DNA of 59,844 nt from Salisapilia sapeloensis CBS 127946 (Eukaryota; Protista; Oomycota), in NCBI GenBank assembly GCA_023334545.1, contig JAADVB010000101.1:1-59844 (forward strand). The letters run 5' to 3'. Of the stretch, positions 55,609 through 59,844 are shown one piece after another; the stretch's first letter is position 1; each line of letters begins with the position of its first letter. Both the position numbers and the translations under genes were made by a program. A model generated the notes under the pieces. The model had not been told where the DNA came from. It saw only the letters and a list, made by a program, of their open reading frames with translations, and made no database searches.

Positions 55609-58600
55609 GTAGGCCGACCGTAGACTCGCCAGCAACTCGACAAAGCTCCTTCCCTCCGACCCATTTTCAAAGTACAATACTTGCTTGTACATATTCTTGT
55701 ACTCTTCCAACTTCTTCCGTCGTTGGGTCAGCGTCATGTCATCTCCTTCCTTATTCGCGACCGAGACACTCAGTCGTCCGATCAATGCATGCAATAGATT
55801 TTTCATCCGACTGCGTACACTGTCCGCAAGAGCTGTCCACTGCTCCTCCTGTCCAATCTTAAAAGCATCGTATACATTCAGCAAAAGAAGAAGAGCATGA
55901 TGGAGATCGTCTGGTCGACCGGACAAGGCATACAAGTCAGCCAAGTCCTGATGAATCAGCACGAACGTCGAATCCAACTCGCGTCGAAAGTACGTCAGCG
56001 CTCGTTCATAGCTTCGTCGCGCTAGCTCTAGATGGTTTTGTACCTTTTTCCCATGTCCGTCACCCGCCAACTCCTGTCGCGCGAGCTTTGCCTGCAACAC
56101 AGCCATCTGATAATGCGTTGATCCAGCCTGCTTTTCATCCCCTAGTTCCTTGTACAGTGCTAAGGCTCTGTTAAACGTCTGAAGAGCATAGTTAGCAGAC
56201 TCCTTGTCGGACACATGTACATTTTCCGCCAAGTGGACGCCAGACACGAGGTAGGTGAGTGCCAGTTCTCCCTTCACCTTATCCTGCAACTCACTCGCGA
56301 CTCGTGTCTGCTTCAGCAATTGGAGCGCATCGAGACACAACTGAGCTGCTTGCTTATACCTATCCTTCTTCTCCTCTGATGAACTTCCTTGCGCCAGGAC
56401 TTTATGCAGATGTGACAAGTTGGCAAGCAACAAGGCTTCATTGACAGCATCATCAATCTCGCGGAAGATATGACATCCACGTTCAAACCATCGAAAGGCA
56501 GCGCGGAGAGACTCGTTCGATGACAAAAGGTACTTGCCAGTCTCGTTACTAGCATTCCCGAGTTTCTTCATCAACACTAAGTACCGATTCGCACTTACTG
56601 GAGGTGATAGAGCTCGTAAATACGAGCTGAAGGCAAGTGATAGAAGACTTTCCTTGTGACCAGAGTCGACGGATAGGTACATCTCGCAATCACTTACTAA
56701 GCTACGGAATGAAACGCTAGACTCACCACTAAGAGCGTCATATGCAGCCATGATAGGCTCTAGAGATATACTAGGAAGACGGCTGCAGAGATCACCGATG
56801 CTCTCAAGCGCTCGACTACGTAGACTACTCGTCGTGCTGCACATTAGCACAGCACCATTGTCTCCGCCCGTTCCGTTGAACGTGAGATGATCAAGACTAT
56901 GCTGTACTCGCTTCGCATCTTCCTCCAGCTCATTTCGGCTCTGGAAGAAAGGATCGACCTTTTCGACCGACATCTTGTCTTCTACTAGACGCATAGCCTC
57001 AAGAACAGACGCTAGCGCCTTGCTCCACATTTCCTGCTGCGTATATGTCTGACTAAGCTGTAGACAGGTGGATCCGAACTTAAGTTCCAGTCGCAGTAGC
57101 TCTTCCTGCATAAAGTCTCCAATATCATCCTCTTCCAACATACTTGACTCTTCCATCTCTTCCTCCTCTTCCTCCTCTTCCTCTGGTTCGACACAAACAC
57201 GAAAGAATCGAATGCTTTCACTCAAATGCTCCTTCGCTTCCAACAGCAGTGGCACGATATCCTTATCCTGACTACTCCCGACGTCATCACACTCTCGTAA
57301 GAACGTATCGGCTAGTTGCTCTCGTACGCTAGAGCACACAGCATCATGCGATGCACCTCCTGCTTCCGCTACTTCCTGCAGAAGCCTCAAACAAGTCTGC
57401 AAGAGGTCTCTTTGACGCTGCTGGAGCTGTGCTCGTAGTGCTTTACGCTCACAAGCACTCAGAGCTTCCATAAGTCTCGAAGCACGGGACGCAAAGCGAT
57501 AACAGAGCATGGCACGAGCATACTTCCACTTGAGCTGCTTTCCCTGTGATAAGACATCGACATCATATAAACGCAACGATCCTTCGCCTGGTGCTCGATA
57601 TAGCCAGTATGTACCATTCGGTCGACTACAATTCTCACGCAAGAAGCGAAGGAGCATCGTTGCATTCACACTGACATCCTGGACGTCAAATATCGGTTGG
57701 TCGGTGCCACTTAAATATGGAATCTCGTTTGTACCGAGAAGCTTGTAGCCTCGAACGACCCCTCGAGAATGCATGCAGATCGCTAGCTCTGGAATGTTAC
57801 TGATGACATTGTCCAGATAATAGTCCAGTAGTGTTGCAAGACTCAAGTCTGTGTCCATGTCATGCAGCTTTAACGATACGGCTGGATGGTCTGCATTCCC
57901 AAAGAGCAGCACTTGACTACCCAACAGCATCGTCATGTCCTGGAACTTCCATTCGACCGTGCGCTGGAAAGACGGAACGCTACCTGTGGCTCGAGCAGCC
58001 CACCACTCTTGACCATACCTTTCTGTACTCTGCTGACGCTCCGTGACGTCAACACTTTGCTCATAAGTAGGTTCTGTAGTAGATGAGACCAAGTCATTCG
58101 ATCCATCGCTACTTGCCTGTGCTTTCTTTTGATTCTTTTTCCTATTCTTTTTTGCTTTTCTACGACCTGTCGAGCGTTTGAGTGGTTTCTCTTCTACGAC
58201 ATTGGCATGCTGTTCTTCATCCTTAGCGATGAGATTGAGATTCTCATCAGATGACTGCTTCGATTCGCCTTCGAGACTCTGTCTAGCTGTTTCATATACG
58301 AACTTTTCATATAAAAGTCGATCCTGTGGCGATTCATCTGTAGCAGGTAAAGCTAATTGAGCTTCTGGTTGGTGGGTGGACATGGATCCATCGATATCGT
58401 TGAAACCGGTGGGAAGTTCCGTATCGGGAAGCTCACCGTCCACGACAAGTGTCTGACCGACACGATGCACTGCTAAGGAAACTTGACCGTCTGAATATGG
58501 TAGTTTGAACAGCTTTTTAATGTTCTCAGCTGGACCGAGGAAGTCCACGTCTGCGTCTTCCGATGCATCGGCTAGTTCGACGCGATTAGAACGGACTCGG

Positions 58601-59169
58601 ACGGATAACTGGGGCTCATTCTGTTGAGATGGCTGTGGCATAGCAGTACGCCAGTCATTTAGACGTAGTGCTTGCATAAATTCATTCGACATGTCGCTCG
58701 AGTCGGACGTGTCCATGACGAACTGCCTCATGGCTGATGCAGACGATGGAGATGACAGTGGTGAAGATGAACTTGAAGAGTGGGAGGTCTGATTATAAGG
58801 AAGCATTGTTTGATGAAGGTCTGTGTGGATCTGTAGCTTTTGGAAAGGCACGAGAGCAGTGGAGGAGGACGAAGTGTGGCGCACAGGCGTGGCCGATGGA
58901 TGGATAATCAGTGCATTATTCTTCGATGGCAGTGAACTAGACTCGTATGGCACAAGTGGATAGTTTGCAACCTCAGCAAAGTTCGGTTGACCGAAAGAAG
59001 AGTCATTTTCGAGTGATGGAGATGCTAATGCCATCTGAATCTCGTCGTCTCCATTGGAGGAATCTACCCATACAGAGACACTATCACTACCTGACCGACC
59101 TCTAGATGGGGATGGCGGCAGTTCATACGATGTCAGGCCAGCGGTCTCCTCCATCGAGTCCGACGACAT
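55600..59169 (-). CDS. EDRF1: Erythroid differentiation-related factor 1 (EDRF1) homolog with C-terminal helical/TPR-like region
   Basis: ENIKKLFKLPYS..VSLAVHRVGQTLVVD, WKFQD..MLLGS, VSLKLHD, LDYYLDNVISNIPELAIC..GYKL, FLRENCS..GTYWL..LRLYD. Confidence 0.85.
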   Translation of the reverse strand: MSSDSMEETAGLTSYELPPSPSRGRSGSDSVSVWVDSSNGDDEIQMALASPSLENDSSFGQPNFAEVANYPLVPYESSSLPSKNNALIIHPSATPVRHTSSSSTALVPFQKLQIHTDLHQTMLPYNQTSHSSSSSSPLSSPSSASAMRQFVMDTSDSSDMSNEFMQALRLNDWRTAMPQPSQQNEPQLSVRVRSNRVELADASEDADVDFLGPAENIKKLFKLPYSDGQVSLAVHRVGQTLVVDGELPDTELPTGFNDIDGSMSTHQPEAQLALPATDESPQDRLLYEKFVYETARQSLEGESKQSSDENLNLIAKDEEQHANVVEEKPLKRSTGRRKAKKNRKKNQKKAQASSDGSNDLVSSTTEPTYEQSVDVTERQQSTERYGQEWWAARATGSVPSFQRTVEWKFQDMTMLLGSQVLLFGNADHPAVSLKLHDMDTDLSLATLLDYYLDNVISNIPELAICMHSRGVVRGYKLLGTNEIPYLSGTDQPIFDVQDVSVNATMLLRFLRENCSRPNGTYWLYRAPGEGSLRLYDVDVLSQGKQLKWKYARAMLCYRFASRASRLMEALSACERKALRAQLQQRQRDLLQTCLRLLQEVAEAGGASHDAVCSSVREQLADTFLRECDDVGSSQDKDIVPLLLEAKEHLSESIRFFRVCVEPEEEEEEEEEMEESSMLEEDDIGDFMQEELLRLELKFGSTCLQLSQTYTQQEMWSKALASVLEAMRLVEDKMSVEKVDPFFQSRNELEEDAKRVQHSLDHLTFNGTGGDNGAVLMCSTTSSLRSRALESIGDLCSRLPSISLEPIMAAYDALSGESSVSFRSLVSDCEMYLSVDSGHKESLLSLAFSSYLRALSPPVSANRYLVLMKKLGNASNETGKYLLSSNESLRAAFRWFERGCHIFREIDDAVNEALLLANLSHLHKVLAQGSSSEEKKDRYKQAAQLCLDALQLLKQTRVASELQDKVKGELALTYLVSGVHLAENVHVSDKESANYALQTFNRALALYKELGDEKQAGSTHYQMAVLQAKLARQELAGDGHGKKVQNHLELARRSYERALTYFRRELDSTFVLIHQDLADLYALSGRPDDLHHALLLLLNVYDAFKIGQEEQWTALADSVRSRMKNLLHALIGRLSVSVANKEGDDMTLTQRRKKLEEYKNMYKQVLYFENGSEGRSFVELLASLRSAYLL

Positions 59170-59570
59170 CGCGATGAGCTATAGATTCTTGTTGGCGCCG
59201 TTTTCGGTCATTTGTGTCCAGTCAAAGAAAAGAAAAAGAAAGAGAGCACATGCCTTCATGTAGATCGATCTTCTGCCTAGAGCAGACGATTGCATCAGCA
59301 GCCATGCCATGAGCTCTATCGACATCTTAAACGACGAGATTGAGGTGTTTGGTATTGCCTATACAGAGAAAATCATGGTCTCAACATGCACTTCTTTACT
59401 TTCTAGAAGACACTATGGAGTGTGCTTCTGGCAGGACACGATACAAGTAGCATACCTACCCTTACAGTAAAGAAGGAAATATATTGAATGTCCTTACGAC
59501 GAAAGAAAGATAGAAGAAGCATAGTGAGAAATCGCTGTATTCATTTTGAAGAAAAGGTACACGAGTATCC

Positions 59571-59844
59571 TTAATGCCCTGCATCTTCGATGCCAAACTC
59601 CTTGGCTAAACGATCGTAGTACTCGATCACCTGGTGATTATAGGCACGCTTGTCAACATAGTCGGCGCACATGAACGATCGTTTGAACCCAGTGAGCAAG
59701 ATGCGTTTGAGTTCGTGCGGCGTCAAGCGGAAGGCGTCGCATGCGAGACGCACTTCTCGCAGCATGTTCGTGTGCGACACGGTGCAATTGTCCGTAGACA
59801 GAGACACAGCTAGCTTGTTATCGATCATGCGGCGAATCGGGTGC
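59571..59844 (-). CDS. Adenosine/AMP deaminase family protein, C-terminal part; 5' end lies outside the window
   Basis: [48 protein letters not shown] matches the ADA C-terminal HP..(S/N)TDN motif. Confidence 0.85.
   Translation of the reverse strand, partial: HPIRRMIDNKLAVSLSTDNCTVSHTNMLREVRLACDAFRLTPHELKRILLTGFKRSFMCADYVDKRAYNHQVIEYYDRLAKEFGIEDAGH

Noticed and set aside
59290-59490. Possible tiny spliced gene on the plus strand (MSSIDILNDEIE / KTLWSVLL..)
   Set aside because: Very short, no motif, and it lies in the EDRF1 upstream region; cannot be supported without transcripts.

Overview
Eukaryotic, gene-dense DNA, almost certainly from an oomycete: it has an elicitin, a CBM1 protein, and INR+FPR core promoters (GCTCATTYBNNNWTTY-like) and CCAAT boxes. 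Introns are unusually uniform GT-AG units of about 52-57 nt. About 35 genes can be supported. Housekeeping genes include mitochondrial Lon, ETF-beta, SF3B6/p14, V-ATPase subunit a, a SulP transporter, MetX/Met2, an ABC1 kinase, a VPS9 GEF, an EDRF1 homolog and a partial adenosine deaminase. There are also secreted or surface proteins, several ubiquitin-ligase adaptors, and gene-poor intervals with decayed coding relics (13.4-14.6, 18-21.4, 39-40.4, 42.2-44.6 kb). The most unusual observation is a 375-aa gene (16844-17971, minus) that appears to fuse an F-box to an SMCHD1/DMS3-type SMC hinge domain. Other odd architectures are a TPR-clamp + family-16 lysine methyltransferase, a signal-peptide SET/LSMT protein with a degenerate NH motif, a signal-peptide pirin, a His-rich/Cys-rich/CBM1 secreted protein, and a CaaX-ended alpha-kinase. 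No tRNA, rRNA, CRISPR array or intact transposon could be supported. All family calls come from manual motif recognition; no searches were run.
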